A stretch of DNA of 64,000 nucleotides from Antedon mediterranea. Its lineage: Eukaryota > Animalia > Echinodermata. The translations under genes were made by a program, and so were the position numbers. The notes under the pieces were generated by a model. It searched no databases, had not been told where the DNA came from, and saw only the letters and a list, made by a program, of their open reading frames with translations. The stretch covers positions 6,190,201 to 6,254,200 of the forward strand of contig NC_092670.1 of the NCBI RefSeq assembly GCF_964355755.1. Direction: 5' to 3'. Positions 1-12,790 of this stretch are shown piece after piece (the stretch's first letter is position 1; each line of letters starts with the position of its first letter).

Positions 1-396
1 CCTAGACCTTGAGATTGGAAGGCAAACATATTTATGTTAAATATGTTAATATTAAAGTAATAAAATTACTATGGAGTAAAATGACCTGGGTATTAAACAA
101 TTATAAGGTATATAATGAGAGCATTTGAAAAGAAACACATTAAAATCTAACAGAAAGTATGCAGAGGTGTAAATAGAGGGAACCATTTAGGAATAGGTGA
201 GGAAAACCAAACCAGTATATTTGCAGGAACTCCCAAAGATTTCTGAAGACCTTAAAAAATAATCTTTAGATTGGGTGATTTTGAAGGTGGGTATACCCAC
301 CTAATTCCACCCAGCACGGTTACATCCATGAATAGGATTTTGTACTTTGATATTATGAAGATTTTAAAATGTTTACATGTTTTTCATATTTTATAG

Positions 397-3300
397 ATAT
401 TACAGACCCAAAGTGAACAGTACATTCTCAATACATGCAGTGCAAACTCGTAAGGAAGTTCGAGGAGAGCGCATCCTCACTCATAACTACACCAGTCATC
501 GTGAAATACGTGAAGCAGCTCGGCAGCGACTCCATGCACCTACCAGTGAACTTAGTGTTTGTGTAACCCCTCCAAATGAAAGAAACTCAATAGCAACCCC
601 AACTCAACCAGGTTAATATTCTTTCTTGTTTATATTTTGTTTTGAAGTACCAACAATAGTTTTCTCTATGGATTACAATAAAGCCTAGATTACACTTGGG
701 TCAAATTAAGTGAGTCACTGGCTATATTGAACAAGAAAATTCCAATCTGAATATGATTCCCTCGGACTAACCAAGATCAATGGTTAATTTTACTGACCAA
801 TGGTGAAATTTACTAATGGTCTTGCGTGAGGTTTTCTTGACGTCCATTGTATGTCATAGAGAATTCTAGATTTGGGAGGCTCACAGGTATCCATCTTTGC
901 GAATGTTTAATTTGGTATGTTCAAAACACCAAACTAAATGTCCAGATTCAATTTTGAGACAAAATATTTCTATTTGCTAATTTTTATTTAATATTTTTTC
1001 TGTACAATGGATAATTGATTTATTTTTTACAATATTAGACTTTGATCGATCAGAATCTCCAATCATCACCGGAGTACACATGCCATCAAAAGGTTGGACA
1101 TCAACAAGTTCTAGAGAATTATCAAGTTTTCAACAAAATTTATCCAAATCAGTAGTAGCCAAAGAAGACTGGATTAAAGACTTGTAAGTTATTTCTATTT
1201 AAACCAAGGTGGCCCCAAAATCGGTCTTTACTTGGAGGTTTTCATAATAATATCTCTTATATATTCTCGCTGTGACAGTTTGTGAGTCTTTATTGACATT
1301 TCCAAATTTTTTTAGAGTTTGTAAGTATAACCCAGAAAATGTATCAACTGTTTGCAATTAAAATTATTGCCATATAAATTGTAATCAAAAGAGAGCATTC
1401 TTAAACTCTGTCTACACTATCTTGACTTTATGTAATAATGTTTTGTGCCCATGGACATGATAATGTCGTAACACCACCATATTTGGGCACATCATACTTT
1501 TTTTGTAAAACTTGTTTGATAGTGTAGTGTAGACACCTTTAGCCCAAACAATATTATAAATAATTTACTCTATAGTATAGTGTGTTTATTCATGGATAAA
1601 AGACAGATTTGAATCAATCTCTTACTTTCTCTCTTTTCTTTTTTTCAATCAACAGAAAACTAAAGTTTGAATCTAGTACCCGAGAAAGAATTCGCCGGGC
1701 AGAAGAAGAAAGAATTAAAACTAAAATATATGAAGAACGAGTATGTATACTATAGTAATATTTTTAGTCAATAAAATTGCCCAAATTTACCTTACTTTTT
1801 TTTTTATTGAAAAAGTCCACATACCTGGATAAACAAATATATGCATACATCTTTTGAAATGATGGATATAAAACACACCTCTGAGTGAATGAAATAATCC
1901 CTTACCCTGTATGCAAAGATGTTGACATATCTTTTTTCATTGTTTTTTTCTCTTGTTTTTAGCGTATGCAAGAAATGTGCAAGATTGAACAAACTGTAAG
2001 GATTTATATATTAAATTATGTTAATATTATGTTAAAACATATAGACAAATTAAAAATGTAGTTTTTACACATTGTGTTAATGTATTAATTAAAGAAATCA
2101 TATAAAAATAATTACTGAAAAAGTAGTAGTGGCTGGATCTCAATGGAGATAAAAATAAAAAAAGTCAAAAAGCTAAATTAAAATAGTAATGTAAAACAGC
2201 CAGAAAGAAGGGGTCCAAGCTTTTTGAAAACACTATTTCTTGGTCAGTGTTAATTATATATATATATTGTTTGTACAGATCAGAAAGCGAATGCTTATAG
2301 CTGAAAGTGAGCCCCCGGTGTTGCCAGAGGTTGCTGAGCCAGAAATATCCGAAGATGAATTGGACGAAACAGAAGACTTGCCAATGCTTACAGACGAGAT
2401 GGAGGACGTGATTGATGCAGCGTTTGCACCTGATCCTCCAAATGAAACCCTAGTTCAAGGCTTCAAGTGTACCCTAACCAGGAGTAATATACAAACATTA
2501 AATGGCCTCAACTGGCTTAATGATGAGGTTGGTTCAAAATTATGTTTCTTTGTGGAGTGACTTTTTTTAAAGCTCATGAGTACAATCGGAGCATCATTAT
2601 GCACTTGTCAATTGTATAACCCCTGGGAGAGGTGGATCATTTGTCCAATGTGTGTCATGATGCCATGAATACCATGATGCACCACTGCGTCCAAAAAGTG
2701 ACTTCCTTTAGCTGACCATGATGCATCCATTTTGAAGACCAATGACACATTGTGACCATATTCACGATATGGTGTGTGGTGATGTGTCGGCATTTAGGGT
2801 TTTTTTTAAGCACCCCCTGCGTCAATAATTTTTTGTAAATGACGCCCCTCTCCCGTGTTTGTATAGTGGGTCATACAATTGACAAGTGCATTAACACCAG
2901 GTACAATTGGGAACTTTACCCTTCAGTATTTCAAACGTTAAGTACTATACTCAATGAACAAGCCTTTGTTAACATTGTTAACATTTTCCACTTGAAAAAT
3001 ATATATAATTACTAATTTTCTGTTGAGCACAAAGGTTTCTCAATCAAATACACCAATTAATTTGAATACATTTTTTTTTGTAGGTTATTAATTTTTACAT
3101 GAGCTTATTGGTTGAAAGGAGTGAAAATGTAAGTGACTTCATTTCTTCTGTATTGTCCTTGAAAGGATCTGGTTAATTTTTAAAGCCATTTTAATTCAAC
3201 TCGACAATAAATTGTAAAATAATGTAAATATTAAAAGATATATAAAGTTTGCGCTACACCACGTATATAGTTCTGAAAAGAGCTGTTGAGTTCTTTAACG

Positions 3301-5247
3301 TTTTAATCAACATACTTCAATTCTCACTCCTGAGGATGGTCAAAGTATATTGATGATCGAAACTACCTTTCTATTTGCCTGTACATAAACACATCATAAC
3401 TTCCTGAGCTCTGGTTGTGGAATTAAATCAACATATAAGTGTCGGAAAATAAGCGTAATGCTTGTGAAAATGGAATACCTTGTAAATAGATAAAATATAT
3501 TGAAACTTTGTTTGAATAGAAACTGATTTGATGCCATTTAAAATAAATCGATGTATAAAGACGGTAAGAATTTTTAATAAATTGAAATAACATATTTATA
3601 TATTGACAGGATAATTATCCAAAGGCTCACAACTTCAACACCTTCTTCTATCCTAAATTACTACAAGGAGGCCACAAACCAATACGACGCTGGACAAAGA
3701 AAGTTGATATCTTTTCAAAACATTTGATTCTTGTTCCGGTTCATTTAGGAATGCATTGGTGTTTGGCTGTAAGTCGATCACGTTTGTTTTTGTGTGTTTA
3801 TTTCTATCTATATTTGTGCAGAATTACTCAAAAAGTTATTGCCAGTTAGCTGTATGGGAACACATCAATAAATTTTCGTATGCCTAGACGGATTTTTGCA
3901 CTCTCTGAGACTGAGAGCTCTTCTAGTTGTAGTTAGTTTCTCTTAAAATAGATTTACATTGGAACCCTCTTTAAGGAACACCTTATATTTTGTCCTCATT
4001 AAAGCTACCTAGATGTTTGTTACGATGAACGTTCACTCATTTTATGAAAGTCATAATTTAAAACGTCTAGAAACAGTCAATCTTGAATCGACTAAAAGCC
4101 ATTCAAAAGGTATACTGATTGACATTGTGTTTTTTAGATTTCATATATGTTCAATTCTCTTAATTTAATTTCAGATTATTGATATGCGTAAAAAGACAAT
4201 ATCATATTATGACTCTATGGGCAATGGCAATCCTAAATGTTTGCAAGCTTTAAAGTAAGTATAGTAGCAAATATGCGTTGAAATGCATTCAGATCACCAA
4301 AGTTAAGCAATGTTGGACCCAGTTGCGGATGGGAGACTATCTGGAATATCGCATCTGGTGCTTTATCGACCGGAGAGTGATGGTGTAATCATAAGGGACT
4401 TAGACTAGCATGTGATAGACATGGGTTCAAACCTATCTGTACCATACTGATTGCTTAGGCAAGATGCTTTACTTTCATTGCCTTGTCCTTTGGCTGTTCG
4501 TCCTGTGTACATATGGTGTACGTTAAAGAACAACTTGGTACACTATTCGAAAAGAGTAGTGGATCATCTCCTGGTGTACTGATCTGGGTAGGAACTGCAA
4601 TGCTGATTGCCGTGGGTCCATAGACTGCCTAATCGAAATTTCCTCAGTTTCCAGTTAAGCTTGAGAGTGATAATAAATGCCTATGTATAGTTATGCTTAT
4701 CTAGTTTTATATGGTCTTATACCCTCAAACTTTTTTTATTCTAATTTGCTAGGCAATATTTATATGATGAGCATGTTGATAAGAAGCAATCAGAGTTGGA
4801 TATGACAGGCTGGAAGTTGATAACTTGTTCAAATTTACCACAGCAGATGAATGGCAGCGACTGTGGTATGTTTGCTTGTAAATATGCTGAATACATTTGT
4901 AGAGATGCTCCTATTACATTTACCCAGGTAGGTTTTTTTTTTCAGTTTATTTTCCATATGATAAACAATAACAAAGGGTTTTACAAACTTAAAATCGGCG
5001 ACCTGTTGCCAGTTTTGCAAAAGCAAATTTCACCTTTTGGATCGAACACATATTTAAACGATTCGACCTAATTGCAACACACGCTTGGAGGTCTAGAGGT
5101 ACATAACCTAGGCTACTGATCTGGTGAGCTTAACTAATTTACTAAAAACTTACTAATTGAATTATGATTTTGATTCTTTTTAAGGAGGATATGCCGTATT
5201 TCAGGAGAAGAATGGTCTGGGAAATTATCAACAAACAACTATTATAA
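397..5247 (+). CDS. SENP1: Sentrin/SUMO-specific protease (SENP1/2-like, peptidase C48), 5'-partial, 10 coding exons in window
   Basis: Phase-consistent GT-AG exons: 397-611, 1039-1183, 1656-1740, 1963-1995, 2279-2527, 3084-3128, 3610-3768, 4175-4254, 4753-4927, 5185-5247 (TAA). The translation has Ulp1/C48 hallmarks [44 protein letters not shown] (catalytic His), YYDSMG (Asp), [12 protein letters not shown] (Gln, Cys) and C-terminal [16 protein letters not shown]1 versus SENP2 cannot be resolved by eye. Confidence 0.93.
1404..1535. mobile_element. Tourist/PIF-Harbinger-like MITE, family A copy 1
   Basis: TIR CTCTGTCTACACTAT...TAGTGTAGACA with internal TGTGCCC/GGGCACA inverted repeat. Same family at 6910, 29195, 60303 and 62311. 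Confidence 0.7.
2600..2890. mobile_element. Non-autonomous TIR element (MITE) with 3-bp TTA TSD
   Basis: TGCACTTGTCAATTGTATAACCC at 2600 and GGGTCATACAATTGACAAGTGCA ending 2890. TTA on both sides (2597-2599, 2891-2893). Confidence 0.75.
4261..4690 (+). mobile_element. Degenerate SINE with 5S rRNA-derived head, tRNA-like segment and Deu/Nin-like domain
   Basis: 4272-4345 resembles 5S rRNA (GCGTTGAAA...GATCACCAAAGTTAAGCAATGTTGGACCCAGTT...GGATGGGAGAC..CTGGAATATC). 4380-4435 has A/B-box-like TGGTGTAAT...GGGTTCAAACC. 4520-4580 CGTTAAAGAAC..GGTACACTATTCGAAAAGAGTAG..CCTGGTGT resembles the Deu/Nin core. Confidence 0.7.
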
Positions 5248-5909
5248 CAAAAGCTGATATTATTGTATATAGATATATATAGATATAAAAAAAACAAGAA
5301 AATCAGGAGTAACTATAAAATTGTATTAGAAAATTATAGGAATGTGGAGCATTCAATTTGCAATGACCTTTGCCCCCATGTGAAATGTCATGTGACACAT
5401 TTAGCTTCCAGTTAATAATTACATTATTTTATTTTTCTATCCATTTTTTGTTGAATTATTAAAATGTTTGATTTATTTTTGAGAGGGACAGTGTATTTAT
5501 CTAAATTATAATTAATATAATTAATTTTTTTATATATATATTTTGTAACTCAATTATTTTAGACAGTACAAATGCATCTCTTTAGAAATGTTGTTTTTGA
5601 ATAGGCCATTATTTATTTTTGCAAAAGTTATTCAGGTGTTTGCAAATTGAATGCTCCTTAATAATTGGGATTTTTTTCTGGAAAAAGTATTTCAATTATA
5701 AATATGAAATATTCTAGAATTAAGAAACTGTAGACATACTTTATAAAGAAAATAGTCAAACTGTGGTGATTTTTTAGAAATCATAATGTTAAAGGTCACA
5801 GAAAGATCCCTGTTAAAATGTGACCATTTACACACAAACTTTGAAATGCGCGATAATTGTCCCATGGGTTTATTGTGTTATCCTATTGAGGTAATTGTCT
5901 TTCCTAGTT

Positions 5910-5978
5910 GGATAATTTTCACATGGGTGTTAAATAAGGGATAATTTTCACATGGGTGTTAAATAAGGGATAATTTTC
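5910..5978. repeat. 29-bp tandem repeat (~2.4 copies) in the likely SENP 3' UTR
   Basis: GATAATTTTCACATGGGTGTTAAATAAGG repeated directly. Confidence 0.85.
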
Positions 5979-6909
5979 CAAGAGGTATTAAGGATGTATC
6001 ATATAATATTGTAAATAATTTCAACTGATTGCTGATGTTAACAATAGAAGGTTGCACTTATACATTTCTTTTTTTACTGTTCTTATGTTGAGGATACATG
6101 TATAGTTTTCTTTCATTTCCTGTTATAATAGTTTTTATAAAATAAACCCCATTCCCAACTTAACCGATTTTATGTTGATAACTGATTTTTACACAAATTA
6201 TGCGGGCCATTTTGTTTGGTAAATATACATTCTATTCTTATAGTGATGTTAGAAATGTAACTAAAAATATGCTATATTATTTACACACATAATAAAAATT
6301 AATTTGCAAATTAAGATAAGATTTTTCAGTCAAAATTTAGACTTTGTTTGGGGAATGGGCGGGGGAGATTAGGGGTGGAGAAAGGAGATTTTTGTATGAA
6401 AGTGGTTGCGTTGTGCACATCCTATTGTATGTGTGGCTTGCTTCCAAAGGTGCTTTATATGTTTGATTAGTTTTATTTGTCTCATTATTTGTACTAAGAA
6501 AACTTTTTTAGTTAAAACAAAATGTCATAAGGTAAATAAAAATTAATCTTGTTTAAAGAGGTTTTAGGCTGTTACATTTGATGTATATGCTTGTTATAGA
6601 ATGTAATTATATTTAGGTTAACATCGTCTATCTTAAAACCTGGTATTTTACTGTCCAATGGTATCAGAACAATTTATATAATAATAAATGATTGAAATTT
6701 GTACGTTCTACACCTAATCACCTAAAATATGAACACTTCAGAAGCCGATTGTAATATTTGTATATATTTCTATGTGCTCGTCATTTTATAAAACAAAAAT
6801 TAAATAAAAATTTGAAATTCATTTTTTTACAGGAACTTTTCAGAATGATTTAATGTGATAGTTGTGCATGTATATATATCACATTATGGCTTTAACTCAT
6901 ACTTTTCCA

Positions 6910-7025
6910 GTCTAGACTATCAAACTAGTTTGACAAAAAAAGTGTGATGTGCCCAAATATATGGTAGTGATATATCATGTACATATATGGGCACCAAATG
7001 TTTTTGTCACATAAAGTTTGATAGA
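6910..7025. mobile_element. MITE family A copy 2 (degenerate)
   Basis: GTCTAGACTATCAAACTAGTTTGACAAAA...GTGATGTGCCCAAATAT...GGGCAC...TTTGTCACATAAAGTTTGATAG. Confidence 0.6.
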
Positions 7026-7208
7026 TAAAAACGACTTTGTATATTGAGGTAACGGGCAGATAACATGTGATTCTGTACATGTCATAAATTAAAAGGGCCG
7101 AAATTTGGCCATTTTAAAAATAAATTTCCCTTTAATGTTCAGGGATTTTTTGTTGAAAAATGGCAAAGAACCAACTTTATAAAATATCCTATTAACACCT
7201 ATTTTGTC

Positions 7209-7430
7209 ATAGGAAACCCATTCAAGTGCACAACAATGGTGTTAATTGCACAGCAAGCTGTGTAATGATGATGTTTTAAACATAAAATAATTTGGTACTA
7301 CCCTACGAATAATTGTCAATAATTATTTTATTCAATACTCACTTAAACGTGTTTAGTTATTATTAGAGTATTAATTTTATTTCTGGAATATTTAGAATTA
7401 AATACCCTGGAGAGACTATGTGAACACCGT
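7209..7430. repeat. ~230-bp diverged direct repeat flanking the palindromic satellite (partner 10281-10524)
   Basis: Both copies run from ATAGGAAACCCAT..TCAAGT..ACAACAATGGTGTT to GGAGAGACTATGTGAACACCGT. Confidence 0.8.
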
Positions 7431-7485
7431 ATTGATACTTAAAACTAAAGTAAAAATACAAGACACATACATATGACATGAAACA

Positions 7486-10210
7486 ATTTACTATAGCACA
7501 ATTGGCATGCGCAGAACGCATTATTTGTCTCTGCGCATGTTTATTATGCAATAGTAACCATTTATGTCAAAAAATAAAAGGGTCGAAAATTGGCCATTTT
7601 TCGGAAATTTCCCTGTACTATAGTACAGGGATTTTTTCACAAAAATGGCCAATTTTCGACCTTTTTATTTTTCGATAAAACTGGTCACTATAGCACAATT
7701 GGCATGCGCAGAACGAATTATTCGTCTCTGCGCATGTTTAATATGGTATAGTAACCATTTATGTCAAAACTGGTTACTATAGCACAATTGACATGTGCAG
7801 AACCCATTATTCGTCTCTGCGCATGTTTATTATGCTATAGTAACCATTTATGTCAAAACTGGTTACTATAGCACAATTGACATGCGCAGACCCCATTATT
7901 CGTCTCTGCGCATTTATGTAAAAGTAACCAGTTTTGACTTAAATGGTTACTATAGTATAATAAACATGCGTAGAGTCGAATAATGGGTTCTGCGCATGTC
8001 AATTGTGCTATAGTAACCATTTACGTCAAATATGGTTATGAAAGCACAATTGATATGCGTAGAACACATTACTCGCCTCTGCGCATGTTTATTATGCTAT
8101 AGTAACTATAATTTATGTCAAAAAATAAAAGGGTAGAAAATCGGCCATTTTTCGAAAATTTCCCTGTACGAATAATGGGTTCAGGGATTTTTTCCAAAAA
8201 ATTGCCAATTTTCGACCTTTTTATTTTTCGATAAATCTGGTTACTATAGCACAATTGGCATGCGTAGAACCAATTACTCGCCTCTGCGCATGTTTATTAT
8301 GCTATAGTAACCATTTATGTCAAAAAATAAAAGGGTAGAAAATCGGCCATTTTTCGAAAATTTCCCTGTACTATAGTACAGGGATTTTTTCAAAAAAATG
8401 GCAAATTTTCGACCTTTTTATTTTTCGATAAAACTGGTTACTATAGCACAATTGGCATGCGCAGAACCAATTATTTGTCTCTGCGCATGTTTATTATGCT
8501 ATAGTAACCATTTATGTCAAAACTGGTTACTATAGCACAATTGAAATGCGCAGAACCCATTATTTGTCTCTGGACATTTATGTAAAAGTAACCAGTTTTG
8601 AAATAAATGGTTACTATAGCATAATAAACATGCGTAGAGTCGAATAATGGGTTCTGCGCATGTCAATTGTGCTATAGTAACCATTTATGTCAAAACTGGT
8701 TACTATAGCACAATTGACATGCGCAGAACCTATTTTTCGTCTCTGCGCATTTATGTAAAAGTAACCACTTTTGACATAAATGGTTACTATAGCATAATAA
8801 ACATGCGTAGAGTCGAACAATGGGTCGAAAATCGGCAATTTTTCAAAAATGTCCATGTACTATAGTACAGGGATTTTTTCCAAAAAATGGCCAATTTTCG
8901 ACCTTTTTATTTATTCGTCTCTGCGCATGTTTAATATGCTATAGTAACCATTTATGTCAAAACTGGTTACTATAGCACAATTGACATGCGCAGAACCCAT
9001 TATTCGTCATGTTTATTATGCTATAGTAAACATTTATGTCAAAACTGGTTACTATAGCACATTGACATGCGCAGAACCCATTATTCGTCATGTTTATTAT
9101 GCTATAGTAAACATTTATGTCAAAACTGGTTACTATAGCACAATTGACATGCGCAGAACCCATTATTCGTCATGTTTATTATGCTATAGTAAACATTTAT
9201 GTCAAAACTGGTTACTATAGCACAATTGACATGCGCAGAACCCATTATTCGTCATGTTTATTATGCTATAGTAACCATTTATGTCAAAACTGGTTACTAT
9301 AGCACAATTGACATGCGCAGAACCCATTATTCGTCATGTTTATTATGCTATAGTAAACATTTATGTCAAATATGGTTACTAGCACAATTGACATGCGCAG
9401 AACCCATTATTCGTCATTTTTATTATGCTATAGTAAACATTTATGTCAAAACTGGTTACTATAGCACAATTGACATGCGCAGAACCCATTATTCGTCATG
9501 TTTATTATGCTATAGTAACCATTTATGTCAAAACTGGTTACTATAGCACAATTGACATGCGCAGAACCCATTATTCGTCATGTTTATTATGCTATAGTAA
9601 CCATTTATGTCAAAACTGGTTACTATAGCACAATTGACATGCGTAGAACCCATTACTCGCCTCTGCGCATGTTTATTATGCTATAGTAACTATTTATGTC
9701 AAAAAATAAAAGGGTAGAAAATCGGCCATTTTTCGAAAATTTCCCTGTACTATAGTTCAGGGATTTTTTCAAAAAATGACCAATTTTCGACCTTTTTATT
9801 TTTCGATAAAACTGGTTGCTATAGCACAATGGACATGCGCATAACCCATTATTCGTCTCTGCGCATGTTTATTATGCTATAGTAACCATTTATGTCAAAA
9901 CTGGTTACTATAGCACAATTGACATGCGCAGAACCCATTATTCGTCTCTGCGCATTTATGTAAAAGTAACCACTTTTGACATAAATGGTTACTATAGCAT
10001 AATAAACATGCGTAGAGACGAATAATGGGTTCTGCGCATGTCCATTGTGCTATTGTAATCATTTACGTCAAATATGGTTACTATAGCACAATTGACATTC
10101 GTAGAACCCATTACTCGCCTCTGCGCATGTTTATTATGCTATAGTAACCATTTATGTCAAAAAATAAAAGGGTAGAAAATCGACTCTGCGCATTTATGTA
10201 AAAGTAACTA
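7486..10210. repeat. Complex satellite of two palindromic monomers (~88-bp A, ~110-bp B) with inverted A copies and a homogeneous 82-bp sub-array
   Basis: A = GGTTACTATAGCACAATTGACATGCGCAGAA-loop-TCTGCGCATGTTTATTATGCTATAGTAACC plus spacer. B = AAAAATAAAAGGGTCGAAAATTGGCCATTTTT..TCCCTGTACTATAGTACAGGGA..AAAAATGGCCAATTTTCGACCTTTTTATTTTT. About 8 near-identical 82-bp units at ~8950-9630. Confidence 0.95.
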
Positions 10211-11399
10211 TGATCATATATAGCAATATTATCGCATAATAATTGAATATAAAAAACTTGTTATTATGGCCATTTTTCGAATAGGAAACCCATCCATTCA
10301 AGTACACAATTCCCACAACAATGGTGTTTACTGTACAGCAATCTGTGATTTTAAACGTTAAATAATTTTTTACTGCCCTTCTATTAATTGTCAATAATTA
10401 TTATTATTTTATTCAATACCCACTCACTTAAACTTGTTTAGTTAATTATTATTAGAGTATTACGGTAATTTAATTTTTCGAATATTCAGGATTAAACACC
10501 CAGGAGAGACTATGTGAACACCGTTAAGATATATATTGAATATTATCTCTCGTAAATTACTCATTAATAAAGCTAATGACAAATAAAAGAAACATGAAAA
10601 CAAATATTTTAAACTTATTTTTAGTTAAAAATCTATGCACACACTAAATATATACAGAAAAGTGGAAATATTATTGCTAGCAATGCATTAACGGTGTCCG
10701 GACGTACAAAAATTATTCCAAAATGAACTTGTACTTGTACAAACTTCAACAACAATTGTTTGTTCAATTTCTATATATTTATTTTAAGACCGCACCGTGT
10801 ATGAACGTGTTCCACCGTTGTAGGTGTAGCTTCAATAAATATTATTATTAGTAGGACTAGTATGCTTTAATATACAGTTTTTTTAAACACGGCCATGTGC
10901 AATTTATTGCGGTTCAATGAAAATAATATAGTAAGTAAAAAAATACAGTAAACTAAAACATAGTGAGGTTGAATTAACAAAAGCACATAAATTGTTAAGT
11001 GTTTATTTATTATTGCCTCACCCTATGATATAACAAAAGTCCAGCCAAACTGACACTTAAAACTATTCAGTTGAATATGGCATATAAAGTAGGCAAACGC
11101 TTTTCTTGTTCTGCAAATTTATCAATTTTGGCCGTATTATTGTATGGATGATGTAGAGATGGTTCCGTAGATCCGTAGGGGAATTAAAGATCAAACAAGT
11201 ATAGTTTCATAGGGGAACTAATATTAGATAAAAACGGTTTAGGTGTAGGCTAGTCTGGGTTCCAGGCGGAGTTTTGTCTTATTTTAGTAAAAAGATAAAT
11301 ATTTTCACACATATGGCGTTACATATTCATAATAATAATAAATAAAGACAATGAATACAGATTTGGGGCAGGTCTAAGTGTAGGCCTACTCGGAGGGCT

Positions 11400-12790
11400 C
11401 AGAAATGTCGAAAGAAAACAAAGATACTTTGAAAGAGTTATTACTTGTGCGTCGTAGTGCATTCAAGAAAGATCAATGAAATAAAGCTGGAAGCAAGATA
11501 AAATGGACCAGTTTAACTGGTTTAACCCATGCTATAGGCCTACTAGGAGAAGCCTGGAATACTCAGAGTTGGTGGCAGTAATTGCCACATGACAGTAGAC
11601 ACCCTGTGTTTGTCTGGGAATTCCCGCATAACATGATTGTGAGAGATGCGTAAAGGAAGTCTGTCATCTAGGAACAAAAATCCTCACATCTAATGGACAA
11701 TTTTGGCAGGAAATTACAGTGGTTTTGTTTTGGAAACGTTTCATTGAACACTGCACTATAATCGTTGAAACATTTCCACTTGAATTAAGTCAACACATCA
11801 GGCCATATATCAACCAACTGTAGTGTTTGATGGATATGTTGGCACTTCGACAAAGGCTGCCGAACAGAGACGTAGAGCAGAGCAGATATCTTATTTGATG
11901 ATAACATGCCGACCACAACTACACAAGCAATATGTTTGGCTAACAATAACAATAAGAAGAAGAATTAATACACCATTTAGCTGATAAAATGCTAGCAGGT
12001 GGCATACACGTCAAACAAGCAGAGGCAGACACACTAATCGTTTCAACAGCGTACAGACACACAGTGGGTAATCATGTACAGTACATGTCATCATATTGGT
12101 GTCTCGGGGAACTCCTACAACTACAACCGATGTTGTGTTGCTGTCTACAATATTAATGAAATTCAGCGACACTAAGGATCACTTGATGTTTGTACATGCT
12201 GTGACACGGTTTCTGCAATCTATCGTCAAGGAAAGCGTAAAGCATTCAACAAGATTCATAAAAGACAAGAATATGAATTGATGGACACATTCACAAATAA
12301 AAGTAGTCATGATAAGGTGAGAAGAGCTGAAGAAACGTTCATTCTTAAACTATATGTAGCAGCTGAATTTAAATCACATGACGAATGCCGGCACATTGCA
12401 TAAAAACGGGCAATCTGTCGCAGTTCCTGAAGTTCAGAATTTCAGTTAGCAAGTCTACCTCCAACTACTGCGGCAGCAAAGCATTATCGTACCGCACTTA
12501 TTTAACAATTCAAGATTGGATGTGCCGAACACTACTTCATACAGAATGGGGACGGAGATTTCACCAATTGAACAGAACTTTCTGTTGCTCCTGATACTTT
12601 GCTTAATGTTGTATCATATGGTTGCAAAGAGGATGGCCATTGAAGAATTAATTGCATGTACAGTAGTTGCAAAAAACTTGGGACTATTTTGCACCTCTAT
12701 GTGCATTAAATATTTTGGGCAAACATGCAACAACACCCAACCAATAATATTAGATGATGGGCGCGAAGCAATAAACACCAATTAAATGTT
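11400..12790 (+). pseudogene. Decayed AcademX-type transposon ORF (XPG/FEN1-like nuclease region plus C-terminal Cys-rich domain)
   Basis: Frameshifted fragments VVFDGYVGTSTKAAEQRRRA (11820), VKQAEADTLIVSTA (12010), LMFVHA/CDTVSAIYRQGKRKAF (12180-12250), LASLPPTTAAAK/YRTYLTIQDW (12445-12520), LGLFCTSMCIKYFGQTCNN (12680-12735). This order matches the XPG plus Cys-cluster module described for Academ. Confidence 0.7.

Noticed and set aside
3325-3370. Hammerhead ribozyme core (CTGAGGA...stem...GAAA), Penelope-like
   Set aside because: Stem II is plausible but I could not find stem III or the NUH cleavage triplet. At best a dead relic.
4272-4345. Functional 5S rRNA gene
   Set aside because: It has deletions and many substitutions, and continues directly into SINE body sequence.
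7478-9628. Repetitive ORFs (MSKLVTIAQLTCAEPIIRH...)
   Set aside because: They are translations of the satellite in several frames and on both strands, with no splice or domain evidence.
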